Below, piece by piece: positions 18,922 to 30,430 of a stretch of DNA of 64,000 bases. This DNA is from Paludibacter sp. Lineage in GTDB: Bacteria; Bacteroidota; Bacteroidia; Bacteroidales; Paludibacteraceae. Every line of letters starts with the position of its first letter. Position 1 is the stretch's first letter. The stretch is taken from assembly GCA_034004015.1 (NCBI GenBank), contig JAVEXN010000010.1:18041-82040 (forward strand). Reading direction: 5' to 3'. The notes under the pieces were generated by a model. That model ran no database searches. It was given only the letters and a program-made list of their open reading frames with translations, and was not told the DNA's origin. Made by a program: the position numbers and the translations under genes.

Positions 18922-20345
18922 TATTCTGCTGCTGTTTCCTGTTTTTCTTCTTTTTCCTCTTTAGCAGATGCCTGATGTTGTTTTCTGAGTTCGTCCCGGA
19001 TAATGGGTACAAGCCGATCGATGTCTCCCGCTCCGAAAGTTACCAGTACCTCCAGTTCGCGTTTTCTCAGTTCGAATATAATGTCTTCTTTTGAATAAAT
19101 ATTTTTATCAGCAAGTTGTACATTTTTCAGAATGATTTCAGAACTTACACCGGGAATTGGTAATTCACGTGCGGGGTAAATGTCGAGCAACAGCAATTCG
19201 TCGAGACCCGAAAGCGCTTCGGCAAACTCGGTAGCAAAGTCGCGCGTGCGGCTAAAAAGGTGTGGCTGAAAGATGCCGGTTATTTTTTTACCCGGGAAAA
19301 GACTTCTGATGGAGGCAATACTGGCTTTCAACTCGCTTGGATGATGGGCGTAATCGTCCATATACACAGTTTTTTCGGATTTGAAAACTGTGTTGAAACG
19401 ACGGTGAATGCCTGAAAAAGATGATATTCCAACTCTGAGCTCTTCGGCGCTTACACCGTTGAGCCAGGCCAATGCCATAGCAGCCACACTATTTTCTACA
19501 TTGATACGAACCGGAACTCCCAGTCGTACATCGGCTATGCGATCGGTTGGTGTCACAAAATCGAAGCGGATTTCTCCTTTGTCGAAACGGATGTTCTCGG
19601 CGTGAAAATCGCCACCCTCATCCATCGAATATGTGTAGAGTTTTACGCCCTTTTGTAAAACAGGAGTTACTGCCACTCCTTTGCGCATAATGAGCGCACC
19701 ACCCGGTTTGATGAGAGATGTAAAATGCTCAAAACTCTCCCGAAAAGCTTCAGCTGTTTCGTAAATATCGAGATGATCGGCATCCGCAGAGGTAATTACA
19801 GCCATGTATGGCGACAACTGATGAAACGAACGGTCGTATTCGTCGGCCTCGATGACTACATAATTGCTGTCTTTCGAAAGTAAAAGGTTGGTGTTGTAAT
19901 TATTCGAAATGCCACCAAGAAACGCACTACACATAACCTGCGACTGATAAAGCAGATGTGCTGTGATGGTGGAGGTAGTGGTTTTGCCATGTGTGCCGGC
20001 AATGCAAATTCCTTTGTTTTGCCGTGTGATGTTGCCAAGTACCTGGGCACGTTTCAGTATTTCGTAGTTGTTTTCCCTGAAATATTGAAGCTGCGGATGA
20101 TTCTCGGGAATAGCGGGTGTAAGTACGATAAGCGTACTTTTAGGATATCTGAAATCGGTCGGTATGCACGAAACGGCATCGTCGAAACAGATTTTTATAC
20201 TTTCGGCTTCGAGGTCGTCGGTCAGTTTTGAGCTGCTGCGGTCGTATCCACCCACCTGAAAACCTTTTGTGTTGAAATATCTGGCCAAAGCACTCATGCC
20301 TATTCCGCCAATACCCAGAAAATAATATCTTGTAAATTTGTTCAT
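18921..20345 (-). CDS. murC: UDP-N-acetylmuramate--L-alanine ligase
   Basis: FLGIGGIGMSALA and GTHGKTTT motifs. The ORF-track start at 20366 is TTG, and the ATG at 20345 gives MNKFTRYYF. Confidence 0.93.
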   Translation of the reverse strand: MNKFTRYYFLGIGGIGMSALARYFNTKGFQVGGYDRSSSKLTDDLEAESIKICFDDAVSCIPTDFRYPKSTLIVLTPAIPENHPQLQYFRENNYEILKRAQVLGNITRQNKGICIAGTHGKTTTSTITAHLLYQSQVMCSAFLGGISNNYNTNLLLSKDSNYVVIEADEYDRSFHQLSPYMAVITSADADHLDIYETAEAFRESFEHFTSLIKPGGALIMRKGVAVTPVLQKGVKLYTYSMDEGGDFHAENIRFDKGEIRFDFVTPTDRIADVRLGVPVRINVENSVAAMALAWLNGVSAEELRVGISSFSGIHRRFNTVFKSEKTVYMDDYAHHPSELKASIASIRSLFPGKKITGIFQPHLFSRTRDFATEFAEALSGLDELLLLDIYPARELPIPGVSSEIILKNVQLADKNIYSKEDIIFELRKRELEVLVTFGAGDIDRLVPIIRDELRKQHQASAKEEKEEKQETAAE

Positions 20346-20400
20346 GTTCTTTTTTTGTACAATCAATTGTAAATAAACAGCTTTTCCCTTTGTTGGTGAA

Positions 20401-21498
20401 TTATTTTATCAGTTTGCATATTTCATCCACAATTCTTTCGTCCGAATTTTTGTCGGCAAGTTTCAGTATGTTTTCGCTGAGTTTCTGTAACTCATTTTCA
20501 CTCTTTATCAGTTCTATTGCCTTTGGAATCAGATTGAACTGAGCTTCTACATCTTTTATCATTACGGCAGCATCGTGTTTTACGAGCGCCAAAGCATTTT
20601 GAGTTTGATGATCCTCGGCTACATTGGGCGATGGAACCAAAACCGATGGTTTGGCAAGCAGACAAAGTTCTGAAATAGAACTGGCTCCTGCGCGTGAAAT
20701 AACCAGGTCGGCAATAGCGTATGCATAATCCATTCGTGAAACAAAGTCGGTCACCAATAGTTCTTTGCATTTGTAGGGCAGTGCAGCTTTTCGCGCGTCC
20801 TCGATGTAAAATTTGCCTGTTTGCCATATTACCTGAATGTTGGCTTCGCAGAGTTGTTTCAGAAATTGCATCACACTTTTGTTGATAGTGCGTGCACCAA
20901 GGCTGCCACCCACAATCAGCAAGGTTTTCTTTGCAGGTTCAAACCCGAAGAAATCATAGGCTTCGCTGGCTCCGGGTTTTACCATAAACAAATCCTGGCG
21001 TACCGGATTCCCGGTTTTTATAATTTTTCCGGCAGGAAAGAATTTATCCATTCCTTCGTAAGCCACACAAATGGCTGCTGCTTTTTTGGCAAGCAATTTA
21101 TTTGTAACTCCTGCATAAGAATTCTGTTCCTGCAAAACAGTGGGAACGCCGAATGCTGAGGCTGCTTTCAATACAGGTGCGCTGGCATATCCGCCCACGC
21201 CAATGGCTACTTCCGGTTTGAAACGACGAATAATGCCACGGGCTTTGAGTATGCTTCGTCCCAGATTGATAAGTACTTTTACGTTTTTCAACAGGTTTTT
21301 GCGATCGAAACCACTCACGGGCAATCCTTCGATAGCGTATCCTGCTGCAGGTACACGATCCATTTCCATTCTGCCCTTAGCGCCGACAAATAAAATATCG
21401 GCATCGGGAAAACGTCTTTTCAATGCATTGGCTATGCTGATGGCCGGGAAAATGTGTCCTCCGGTTCCTCCTCCGCTAATGATGAATTTATGTGGCAT
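20401..21498 (-). CDS. murG: undecaprenyldiphospho-muramoylpentapeptide beta-N-acetylglucosaminyltransferase
   Basis: GGGTGGHIFPA motif, 365 aa, dcw context. Confidence 0.95.
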   Translation of the reverse strand: MPHKFIISGGGTGGHIFPAISIANALKRRFPDADILFVGAKGRMEMDRVPAAGYAIEGLPVSGFDRKNLLKNVKVLINLGRSILKARGIIRRFKPEVAIGVGGYASAPVLKAASAFGVPTVLQEQNSYAGVTNKLLAKKAAAICVAYEGMDKFFPAGKIIKTGNPVRQDLFMVKPGASEAYDFFGFEPAKKTLLIVGGSLGARTINKSVMQFLKQLCEANIQVIWQTGKFYIEDARKAALPYKCKELLVTDFVSRMDYAYAIADLVISRAGASSISELCLLAKPSVLVPSPNVAEDHQTQNALALVKHDAAVMIKDVEAQFNLIPKAIELIKSENELQKLSENILKLADKNSDERIVDEICKLIK

Positions 21499-21536
21499 TC
21501 CTTTATGGTTTATATTCGTTGCTGAAAAATAGTTTT

Positions 21537-22772
21537 TTATAATTCGTCTAAGGTTACAACCGGAACTTCTTCTTCCGGCTTCTCATCCATCTCGTTTTTG
21601 CCCTGGTTCGATTCCTTTATTTGTCGGGTTACGCCGAGTATTACACCGAAGTACAAACATGTAATCAGAATCGATGTTCCTCCACGACTGATCAGCGGCA
21701 AAGGCTGACCTGTTACCGGTCCGAGACTGGTAGCTACCGACATGCTTACAAATGCTTGTGTGACAATCATAAGCGAAAGTCCGATAACCAAAACTGCAGG
21801 GAAAACAGTCGGGCTGGTAGTGGCAATTCGTCCGGCTCTGTACAGTAAAACAAGATACAGTAAAATTACAAAAATTCCTCCGATTAAACCTAATTCTTCT
21901 ACTACAATTGCGTAAATAAAATCGGAGTAGGCTTGTGGTAAAAAATCGCGTTCCACGCTGTTGCCCGGCCCCACGCCAAAAACGCCTCCCCGGGCTATGG
22001 CAATGCGGCCATGTTGCACCTGTCGGTTTTCGTCGTTTATTTCATATTTCGATGTTTCAGCATCGGCTTCTTTATCGCCTGTAAACCTGTCGATACGCGC
22101 CACCCATGTATATGCACGGTCGAATGCTTCGGGCATTTTGTCCTGTGGTATAAGTTTTACAGCGCTAAAACCCAGAATTATGGCCAGTAAAATGGCGGCT
22201 CCAACCAGTCCGAGACGTTTTAGTGAAACACGTCCGATAAACATCATCAGATATACTACTCCGAAAAGTAAAATGGCTGTTGAAAAGTTCTCGAGTAAAA
22301 TAAGCGGACACACCACAGCCAGCAATATCATTGTGTTACGGAAGTATTTTTTTTCATCCGTTTCCGGATTTTTAATACGCGAAATAAAGTCGGCCGCCAC
22401 AATAATTACCGATAATTTGGCTAATTCCGAAGGCTGGAACTGCACTCCGCCAATGACCAACCAGCGCGTGGCGTCATTCTCGCTTTGTCCTTTGAAAAGT
22501 ACCCATATAAGCATTAAAACTGAAACCAGCAGACCGACATACGACATCAAACGAATAAACCGATAGGGAATAAGATGCACGAAAATAGCCAACAGAGCGC
22601 CACCTGCCAGAAAACTTACATGCCTGAGTACAGGTGCTGTGTGGCTCTCGGCTTTGTAGGCCAGTGTGCTCGAAGCGCTGTACATCTCTATGACCGATAC
22701 CACGCAAAGCATGATAAATACGACCCAAAGTGTGGCATCTCCCCGTAGATATTTTTTTAGTAAGCTGTCCAT
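21537..22772 (-). CDS. ftsW: SEDS-family peptidoglycan glycosyltransferase FtsW
   Basis: Polytopic FtsW/RodA-type sequence, located between murD and murG. Confidence 0.9.
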   Translation of the reverse strand: MDSLLKKYLRGDATLWVVFIMLCVVSVIEMYSASSTLAYKAESHTAPVLRHVSFLAGGALLAIFVHLIPYRFIRLMSYVGLLVSVLMLIWVLFKGQSENDATRWLVIGGVQFQPSELAKLSVIIVAADFISRIKNPETDEKKYFRNTMILLAVVCPLILLENFSTAILLFGVVYLMMFIGRVSLKRLGLVGAAILLAIILGFSAVKLIPQDKMPEAFDRAYTWVARIDRFTGDKEADAETSKYEINDENRQVQHGRIAIARGGVFGVGPGNSVERDFLPQAYSDFIYAIVVEELGLIGGIFVILLYLVLLYRAGRIATTSPTVFPAVLVIGLSLMIVTQAFVSMSVATSLGPVTGQPLPLISRGGTSILITCLYFGVILGVTRQIKESNQGKNEMDEKPEEEVPVVTLDEL

Positions 22773-22823
22773 TTATTTAGTCCTGACTTTCTAAAGCGGA
22801 TTTTTTTGTTGATAAAAAGGGTA

Positions 22824-24158
22824 TTATAGATTACGAACGCTTTTTTTGAACTGACGTCCGCGATCTTCGTAATTCTGAAAAAGGTCGAAACTGGCACAGC
22901 AGGGCGAAAGTAATACGGTCTCGCCATCGTTAGCCATTTGGTATGCTGCATTTACTGCATCTTCCATCGATTGCACATCTACAATTTTTTCGCACTTACC
23001 GTCGAAAAATTTATGGAGAGGAGCATTGTCGAGTCCCATAAAAATCAAACCCTTTACTTTGTCGCGCACAAGTTCTTCTATTTCAGAATAATCGTTGCCT
23101 TTGTCGGTTCCGCCCAAAATAAGTACAGTAGGCGTTTTCATGCTTTGCAAAGCATACCAGCATGAGTTTACGTTGGTGGCTTTCGAATCGTTTATGTAGC
23201 GTACGTTTTTTACAGTAGCTACATATTCGAGACGGTGCTCCACGCCCTGAAAGTCCTGAAGCGATTGACGAATGCTTTCTTTTTTTACATTGAGAACAGA
23301 GGCTGCGAGTCCTGCGGCCATCGAATTGTAGGTATTGTGCAATCCCTGAAGTGCTAATTCTGATACCGGCATAGTAAAAATTGTTTTAAGGGTTTTTATT
23401 ATAAGTTCATCGTTTTCAATAAATGCTTTTGTTTTTTTGTCTCTTTCGATGGCGAAAGGATAGACTGCCGATTGAATGTTGCGTTTGGCAAGTTCAGCTT
23501 TAATCACAGGGTCGTTTTCCCAGTAAATAAAGGTGTCGTCGGCAGTTTGATTTTGTGTGATTCTGAATTTTGAATCTACATAATTCTGAAATTTATAATC
23601 GTACCGATCCAAATGGTCGGGTGTAATGTTCAGTAAAATGGCTATGTCGGCTTTGAAAGCGGTCATCCCGTCGAGTTGAAAACTGCTGAGCTCCACCACA
23701 TAATATTCGAAGTTTTCGGTAGCCACCTGAAGTGCCAGACTGTTTCCGACGTTTCCGGCCAAACCCACATTCAATCCTGCATTTTTCAGAATGTGATAGG
23801 TAAGCATTGTGGTAGTGGTTTTTCCGTTACTTCCGGTAATGCAAATCATTTTTGCATTGGTGTAGCGTCCGGCAAATTCAATTTCGGAAATCACAGCTGT
23901 ACCCTGCGCATGAAGTTTTTTGATGAGTGGCGCTTTGTCGGGAATTCCCGGACTTTTAATTACTTCAGATGCATTCAGAATTAAACTTTCAGTATGCTGT
24001 TTTTCTTCCCATGGAATTCCGGCTTCGTTGAGCATGCTTTTGTATTGGGGTTTTATTTCCGATAAGTCGGATACAAAAACCTCAAAACCCTGCTTTTTGG
24101 CCAGAATAGATGCTCCGGCACCACTTTCGCCTGCTCCCAAAATTACAATTCGATTCAT
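22824..24158 (-). CDS. murD: UDP-N-acetylmuramoyl-L-alanine--D-glutamate ligase
   Basis: GAGESG Rossmann start and the Mur ligase P-loop GSNGKTTT. Confidence 0.95.
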   Translation of the reverse strand: MNRIVILGAGESGAGASILAKKQGFEVFVSDLSEIKPQYKSMLNEAGIPWEEKQHTESLILNASEVIKSPGIPDKAPLIKKLHAQGTAVISEIEFAGRYTNAKMICITGSNGKTTTTMLTYHILKNAGLNVGLAGNVGNSLALQVATENFEYYVVELSSFQLDGMTAFKADIAILLNITPDHLDRYDYKFQNYVDSKFRITQNQTADDTFIYWENDPVIKAELAKRNIQSAVYPFAIERDKKTKAFIENDELIIKTLKTIFTMPVSELALQGLHNTYNSMAAGLAASVLNVKKESIRQSLQDFQGVEHRLEYVATVKNVRYINDSKATNVNSCWYALQSMKTPTVLILGGTDKGNDYSEIEELVRDKVKGLIFMGLDNAPLHKFFDGKCEKIVDVQSMEDAVNAAYQMANDGETVLLSPCCASFDLFQNYEDRGRQFKKSVRNL

Positions 24159-24160
24159 TT

Positions 24161-25426
24161 TTATCTGATTTTCAAAGTTATAATTGTGATAGCTGCCAGA
24201 ATAATTCCTACAATCCAGAAACGAATTACAATTTTCGATTCGGGTAAAGCCTGTATCGGATTTTGAATTAGTGCCTGAATGCCTGCGTTTCCGGGTTTCT
24301 GATAATGATGATGCAAAGGCGCCATTTTGAATATTCGCTTTCCTTCGCCATATCTTTTTTTGGTATATTTAAAATATCCTACCTGCAACATTACTGAAAG
24401 GTTTTCGACCAAAAACACACCACAAAGAATCGGTATAAGAAGTTCTTTGCGAATGGCGATGGCAAAAACTGCAATAATGCCGCCCAGTGTCAGACTGCCT
24501 GTGTCGCCCATGAATACCTGAGCCGGAAAAGAATTGTACCACAGAAAACCAATGGTTGCGCCAATAAATGCACCTGCAAAAATGAGAAGTTCTCCCGTGC
24601 CCGGAATGTACATGATATTGAGATAACCCGAATAATTTACGTTACCCGACACATATGCCAGAATCCCGAGAATGACGCCCATGATGGCCGAGGATCCGGT
24701 AGCCAGCCCATCGAGGCCATCAGTCATATTCGCACCGTTGGAAACTGCAGTTACAATGAAAATGGTGACTAAAACAAAGAGTATCCAGCCATAATCCTGT
24801 GCTTTTTCACCCATCCAACGGAAAGCATCAGCATAATCGAGATTGTTGTTTTTGAAAAAAGGAATGGTGGATTTTGTCGATTTTATATCTTCTTTTGCGT
24901 AGGTTACGTTTTCAACGCGCTGGTCGGCACCTTTGACTTCTTTGTTTTCACGAATCACTACATCAGGGCTCAGGTACATGGTAAGTCCTACGATTAAACC
25001 GAGTCCAACCTGTCCCACAATTTTTAAACGGCCACTGAGTCCATCTTTGTTTTTGCGAAAAACCTTGATGTAGTCGTCGAGGAATCCGATAATGCCAAGC
25101 CAAACGGTAGTAATCAGCATCATGATGATATACACATTGTTCAGTGACGCAAGCAAAAGTGTGGGAATAAGAATTGCAATAATAATGATAATTCCACCCA
25201 TAGTTGGAGTTCCTTTTTTGCTCATTTGGCCTTCGAGACCAAGTTCGCGAATGGTTTCGCCAATTTGCTTTTTTTGCAAATAGTCGATAATGCGCCGTCC
25301 AAACATAGTGGCAAGCAAAAGTGAGAAAATGAATGCCAGCCCCGTACGGAACGATATAAAGTTGAACATTCCCGCTCCGGGAAAATCAAATACTTTGTCG
25401 AGCCAGGTAAATAAGTGGTATAGCAT
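24161..25426 (-). CDS. mraY: phospho-N-acetylmuramoyl-pentapeptide transferase
   Basis: Polytopic MraY sequence (…[13 protein letters not shown]…, …MGDTGSL…). Confidence 0.96.
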   Translation of the reverse strand: MLYHLFTWLDKVFDFPGAGMFNFISFRTGLAFIFSLLLATMFGRRIIDYLQKKQIGETIRELGLEGQMSKKGTPTMGGIIIIIAILIPTLLLASLNNVYIIMMLITTVWLGIIGFLDDYIKVFRKNKDGLSGRLKIVGQVGLGLIVGLTMYLSPDVVIRENKEVKGADQRVENVTYAKEDIKSTKSTIPFFKNNNLDYADAFRWMGEKAQDYGWILFVLVTIFIVTAVSNGANMTDGLDGLATGSSAIMGVILGILAYVSGNVNYSGYLNIMYIPGTGELLIFAGAFIGATIGFLWYNSFPAQVFMGDTGSLTLGGIIAVFAIAIRKELLIPILCGVFLVENLSVMLQVGYFKYTKKRYGEGKRIFKMAPLHHHYQKPGNAGIQALIQNPIQALPESKIVIRFWIVGIILAAITIITLKIR

Positions 25427-25467
25427 AATTTTATTGTTTACGATTTACAATTTCTTTCTTCAATTCA

Positions 25468-26913
25468 TCAAAAACAGTTTCTGACTTCTTCGCGGTCGTC
25501 GAAATGATGTTTAACGCCTTGTATTATCTGATAATCTTCATGTCCTTTTCCGGCCACCAATACCACATCGCCTTTTTGAGCAATGGCACAGGCAGTTTTA
25601 ATTGCTTCCCGACGATCTACTATTGTCAGGCTTTTGCTTTTCTGTGTTACATCCAATCCGGCCAGCATGTCGTTCAGTATATCCTGAGGATCTTCGAACC
25701 GTGGATTGTCAGAAGTAAGAATGGCTTTCCAACTGCCATCCACTGCTTCGCGGGCCATCATGGGGCGCTTGCCCTTGTCGCGGTTGCCACCACAACCCAC
25801 TACGGTAATCAATCGGCCATTGCCTTCAAGAATCTGATTGATGGTGGAGATGACATTGTTCAGTGCGTCGGGCGTGTGGGCGTAATCCACAATGGCTGTG
25901 AAGCCCTGTGGTGCATGTAATGTCTCAAAACGACCTGACACTGAATGCAAAGAACTGAGTATTCGTAACACTTCCAGTTCGTCCTGACCGAGCAATACTG
26001 CAGCTCCGAAAACGGCTGTCAGATTGCTGGCGTTGAATTTGCCTGTAAATGCCACATTTACTTCGCGATCGTTCATGTCGAGTAACATGCCTTCGAAACT
26101 GTGTTCCAGAATGCGTGTTTTGAAGTCGGCCATTCCGCGCAGGGAATAATTATGTTTCTGAGCTTTTGTGTTTTGCAACATTACCATTCCGTTTTTGTCG
26201 TCGGCATTTGTAAGTGCAAAAGCATCGGTTGATAAATCATCGAAAAAGCGTTTTTTTGCTTTCAGGTAGTTTTCGAATGTCAAATGATAGTCGATGTGGT
26301 CGCGGGTCAGATTGGTGAAAATGCCACCATCGAAATCCAGTCCTGCAATACGACGTTGATCCACAGCATGTGAGCTGACCTCCATAAATGCATATTTGCA
26401 ACCTGCCTGTACCATGCGAGCCAATAATTCGTTGAGTGCAATAGCATCGGGTGTTGTATGTGTGGCTTCTACTGCTTCGGTGTCGATATAGTTGCATACG
26501 GTCGAAAGCAATCCGGTTTTGTAGCCGAGCGCACGGAAAGTTTCGTACAGCAAGGTTGCAATGGTGGTTTTTCCGTTTGTGCCTGTTACGCCTACAAGCG
26601 TTAGTTGCGACGATGGATAGCCAAACCACGCTGCAGCTATTTGTCCGAGCGCATCCGAACTGTTGGCTACGCGTATAAATGTCACATTTTCGGGCTGCGT
26701 TTCAGGCATTGCTTCGCAAATAACTGCCGAAGCTCCGTTTTCGATAGCCATGCCGATAAAATCGTGACCGTCGGTAGCTGTGCCGCGTGTAGCCACAAAA
26801 ACAGTTCCCTGCGTTGCTTTGCGTGAGTCGAACTGAATTCCGGTCACTTCTATGCCTGTGTTTCCTGAGTTCTCGAGGCAAATTATATGTTGTAGTAAAT
26901 CGGCTAAAATCAT
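25468..26913 (-). CDS. murE: UDP-N-acetylmuramoyl-L-alanyl-D-glutamate--2,6-diaminopimelate ligase
   Basis: [11 protein letters not shown]-loop and a C-terminal DNPR motif ([10 protein letters not shown]). Confidence 0.95.
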   Translation of the reverse strand: MILADLLQHIICLENSGNTGIEVTGIQFDSRKATQGTVFVATRGTATDGHDFIGMAIENGASAVICEAMPETQPENVTFIRVANSSDALGQIAAAWFGYPSSQLTLVGVTGTNGKTTIATLLYETFRALGYKTGLLSTVCNYIDTEAVEATHTTPDAIALNELLARMVQAGCKYAFMEVSSHAVDQRRIAGLDFDGGIFTNLTRDHIDYHLTFENYLKAKKRFFDDLSTDAFALTNADDKNGMVMLQNTKAQKHNYSLRGMADFKTRILEHSFEGMLLDMNDREVNVAFTGKFNASNLTAVFGAAVLLGQDELEVLRILSSLHSVSGRFETLHAPQGFTAIVDYAHTPDALNNVISTINQILEGNGRLITVVGCGGNRDKGKRPMMAREAVDGSWKAILTSDNPRFEDPQDILNDMLAGLDVTQKSKSLTIVDRREAIKTACAIAQKGDVVLVAGKGHEDYQIIQGVKHHFDDREEVRNCF

Positions 26914-26925
26914 TTTCTTTCGTTT

Positions 26926-29064
26926 TTAGTTTTCAAGTTGCAGTAATATTATCTGTCCTTTTCGGGCAACTGTACCGGCTTTAATGTTCTGTGAAATTAC
27001 TTTTCCTCTTCCCTGAATCTGAACTATCATTCCCATTTTCCCAAGCAGGTACATGGCATCGCGGGCTCCAAGTCCGGTCAGGTCGGGCACTGTTTTGTTG
27101 TTGACCGATAGCTGAGAGATTTTTATGGCATTGTCGTCATCGTCTGTTTTGACCCATTTCGATTGACTGCCAGCGTATTTCAGATTCATTGTGTTCATTA
27201 CCTTTTGTAATGCTTCAAAATTCCCGCTTTTTGCCCGTGGGCTAAAAGGTAACTGTCGTGTGGTGTCGGCAGCTATGTTTTCGGGTTTCAGATTCGATTT
27301 CAGAGCCATTGTTCGCTCAGCAATATCTCTGAAGATAGAACCGGCCATTCTTCCTCCCGAAGGATAGCCTTTTCGGGGTTCGCGCACCACAATGATACAA
27401 GTGTAAAGAGGATTGTCGGCCGGAAAATATCCGCAGAATGAAACCTGATGGCTTTTTCCTCCGGCTTTGTATCCTAAAGCTCCCTTTGAAATCTGTGCTG
27501 TTCCGGTTTTTCCCGCAATTCGTACGTATTTCGATCGCATGTTTTGCGCTGTTCCCTTTTTGCCTTCGATAACGCCAAGTAAAGTTTCGCGCACGGTTTC
27601 GAGTGTGGTAGGCCGGCAAATTTCTTCTTTGATAACTTCGGTGCTGAATGTTTTTACTGTCTGTCCGTTTTTGGCAATGGCTTTTACCAGAAAGGGTTTA
27701 ATCATTTTGCCGTTGTTGGCAATGGCATTGTAAAATGTTAGTGTGTAAATGGGCGGAATTTGTGTTTCGTATCCAATCGACATCCAGGGTAAAGTGGTTT
27801 TCGACCAATATGTCGATTTGTCTTTTGGATGACGAATTTTAGCTATTGCTGCCCCGGGAATTTCAATATTCAAAGGTTCTACGAGTCCCATTTCGTAAAG
27901 TTTGTCCACGAATCCGGAAGGATTGTCGCCCCAGGCTTTTGTGACTGCGAGTGAAATCCCGACATTGGACGATGCATGAATCACTTCGGCCAATGAAAGA
28001 TTTCCGTATCCACCACGATGGTAGTTGTGGTCGCGCATGTCAGACGTATGATATCTGTGCACGCCATTTCCGGTGTGTATGGTGTCGGTGATTTTGGCTT
28101 TTCCGGCATCGAGCAATGCCATAAGTGATGCTACTTTAAAAGTAGAGCCGGGTTCTACCTGGTCGGCAACTGCGCCATTGCGGTTTTCGGAGTAGCTGCC
28201 ATCAGCGTTGTTTTGCATGTTGACCATGGCTTTTATTTCTCCGGTTTTCACTTCCATGATAATTGCATAGCCTTCCACCGCATCGAACGATTTTAAACTA
28301 TCCATCAATGAAGATTCAGCAATGTCTTGTAAGTCAATGTCAATAGTGGTAAGCAGATCCATGCCGTCGATGGGTTCTACCTGAACTGTTTCTTCCCAAC
28401 GATTAGCCACTTTCTGACGAACCGAAACTCCCGGAGTTCCAAGTAATTCGCGATTGAAGTATAGTTCCAGGCCGTTTTTTCCGCCTTTGGCCTCGTCGGC
28501 ATAAATATCGCCAATGGTGCGTGATGCCAGCGAACCGAATGGTTTTTCGCGACGCACAAGTTCTTTGGTTATGAGTCCGCTTTTGTTGCGACCCAAATTG
28601 AAAAGCGGTAGCTGGCGGAGTTCTTTGAGCTGTGAGTAGCTTATGCGTTTGGGGTAAAGCTGAAGTTCGCCTTTGCCTTCGCGATATGCTTTTTTAAGTA
28701 GCGCTTTGTATTCTGCTGACGATTTGTCACCAAAAAATACCGACAAAGCCTGAGATAATGAATCAACTTTTTCCTTGAAGAGGATGCCTTCTTTTTCGTG
28801 GAGTGCGGGCACACGTGTATCCATGTACACGTAATAAGTAGGAATGGAACTGGCCATCAGTCGACCATCCGAAGCGAATATATTACCTCTGTTGGGCTTT
28901 ACGGTGATGTCGGTTTTTTTGTTTTTTGCTGCTACTGCCAGCCATTCGTCGCGTTCAACAAACTGAAGAATAAAAATGCGATACACAATAAGGCCAAAAG
29001 CAAACAGGATAATAAAATATACTATCCCGAATTTCAAAACTATATTTGATCTTTTGTCTGCCAC
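26926..29064 (-). CDS. ftsI: class B penicillin-binding protein / division transpeptidase
   Basis: N-terminal TM helix plus the STFK, SSN and KTGTA motifs. It has a long C-terminal extension. Confidence 0.92.
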   Translation of the reverse strand: MADKRSNIVLKFGIVYFIILFAFGLIVYRIFILQFVERDEWLAVAAKNKKTDITVKPNRGNIFASDGRLMASSIPTYYVYMDTRVPALHEKEGILFKEKVDSLSQALSVFFGDKSSAEYKALLKKAYREGKGELQLYPKRISYSQLKELRQLPLFNLGRNKSGLITKELVRREKPFGSLASRTIGDIYADEAKGGKNGLELYFNRELLGTPGVSVRQKVANRWEETVQVEPIDGMDLLTTIDIDLQDIAESSLMDSLKSFDAVEGYAIIMEVKTGEIKAMVNMQNNADGSYSENRNGAVADQVEPGSTFKVASLMALLDAGKAKITDTIHTGNGVHRYHTSDMRDHNYHRGGYGNLSLAEVIHASSNVGISLAVTKAWGDNPSGFVDKLYEMGLVEPLNIEIPGAAIAKIRHPKDKSTYWSKTTLPWMSIGYETQIPPIYTLTFYNAIANNGKMIKPFLVKAIAKNGQTVKTFSTEVIKEEICRPTTLETVRETLLGVIEGKKGTAQNMRSKYVRIAGKTGTAQISKGALGYKAGGKSHQVSFCGYFPADNPLYTCIIVVREPRKGYPSGGRMAGSIFRDIAERTMALKSNLKPENIAADTTRQLPFSPRAKSGNFEALQKVMNTMNLKYAGSQSKWVKTDDDDNAIKISQLSVNNKTVPDLTGLGARDAMYLLGKMGMIVQIQGRGKVISQNIKAGTVARKGQIILLQLEN

Positions 29065-29079
29065 TTTTTTGCTAAAATT

Positions 29080-29475
29080 CTATTGTTTCTTGTCTTCCGG
29101 ATTGGTTTTCTCTATCACTACCGGAGGTGTTTCAGTTACGCTGAGTTCCAGATTTTTTTCATGTATCAGCCTTACCACATTCGATTGCCGGCTTATTTCC
29201 ATAAGTTTTGCCGAAAGGGTAAGCGATTCGTATTTTACATCTTTAATTTTCTTCTTGAGTTCTATTGTTTTTAAAAGTTGTTTTTCGCAATAAAACCTGT
29301 TGTCGACATACATAAATGCCAAAAGTGCTGCCAAAGCCAGAAAAGCATATTGCTTTTTAAAAAACTTTTTTGTGAAAATATTCCCGTTAATCACATCGCG
29401 CACTGTGCTCGACTTAATGTCTGAGAAATCTTCGTTGCCTCTTATGGCGTCTGCTATTTTTTTGAACCAGCTCAT
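29080..29475 (-). CDS. FtsL-like cell division protein
   Basis: 131 aa with a single TM helix followed by a coiled coil, in the conserved slot between rsmH and ftsI. Confidence 0.7.
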   Translation of the reverse strand: MSWFKKIADAIRGNEDFSDIKSSTVRDVINGNIFTKKFFKKQYAFLALAALLAFMYVDNRFYCEKQLLKTIELKKKIKDVKYESLTLSAKLMEISRQSNVVRLIHEKNLELSVTETPPVVIEKTNPEDKKQ

Positions 29476-29493
29476 TTTCTTTAAATTTCCGGT

Positions 29494-30399
29494 TTATTTT
29501 TCAGCTACACGGAGCTTGGCACTGCGAGCCCGTGGATTTTGAGCAATTTCCTCGTCGGTGGCCACAATGACCTTGTTGTTTACCGGTTTCAGAGGTGCTA
29601 TAATGTTGCCATAAAAGTCTTTTTCAAGTTTACCTCCAAAATTGCCTGATCTGAAGAAATTTTTTACCAGCCTGTCCTCAAGCGAGTGATAAGTCAGGAT
29701 TGAGATGCGCCCTCCGTCGTTCAGAACCTCAATGCTCTGATTTAGCAAGCTGCGTAGGACTTCCATTTCTTTGTTTACTTCGATGCGTAATGCCTGGAAA
29801 ACGCGAGCCATATCTTTTTTCTCCTTTTCGCGGGCGAAGTATGGTTTCAATACTTCAAGAAACTGAAAAATTGTTTCGAATGGCGCTTTCTGACGCTGCT
29901 GTGCAATGGTGCGGGCAATTTTTCGGGAATTGTGAAGCTCACCGTACAAATAAAATACATCGGCCAACTGCTCTTCGGTGTAATTGTTTAGTATTGAAGC
30001 TGCTGTGATTTGCGATTTGGTATTCATGCGCATATCAAGCGCTCCATCAAAGCGAAACGAAAAACCTCTTTCTTCCTCATCGAAATGATGCGACGATACA
30101 CCTAAATCGGCCAGGATGCCATCCACTTTTTCTACATTGTGATATTGCAGGAAGTTTTTCATGAATCTGAAGTTGCTTCTCACAAAAGTAAAACGGGGAT
30201 CATCGATGATGTTGGCAATGGCATCAAGGTCCTGATCGAAAGCAAGTAAGCGACCCTTTGGACCAAGACGATTCAGAATTTCGCGTGAATGCCCGCCTCC
30301 GCCAAAGGTTACATCTACATAAATGCCATTAGGCTTAATTTGCAGGCCGTCAATGGTTTCGTGTAGTAGTGCAGGTATATGGTACGGAGTTTCAGACAT
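29494..30399 (-). CDS. rsmH: 16S rRNA (cytosine1402-N4)-methyltransferase
   Basis: VDVTFGGGGHS SAM-binding motif, second gene of the dcw operon. Confidence 0.96.
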   Translation of the reverse strand: MSETPYHIPALLHETIDGLQIKPNGIYVDVTFGGGGHSREILNRLGPKGRLLAFDQDLDAIANIIDDPRFTFVRSNFRFMKNFLQYHNVEKVDGILADLGVSSHHFDEEERGFSFRFDGALDMRMNTKSQITAASILNNYTEEQLADVFYLYGELHNSRKIARTIAQQRQKAPFETIFQFLEVLKPYFAREKEKKDMARVFQALRIEVNKEMEVLRSLLNQSIEVLNDGGRISILTYHSLEDRLVKNFFRSGNFGGKLEKDFYGNIIAPLKPVNNKVIVATDEEIAQNPRARSAKLRVAEK

Positions 30400-30430
30400 T
30401 ATTTGGTTTTAAAAGATATGGTTTGAGAAT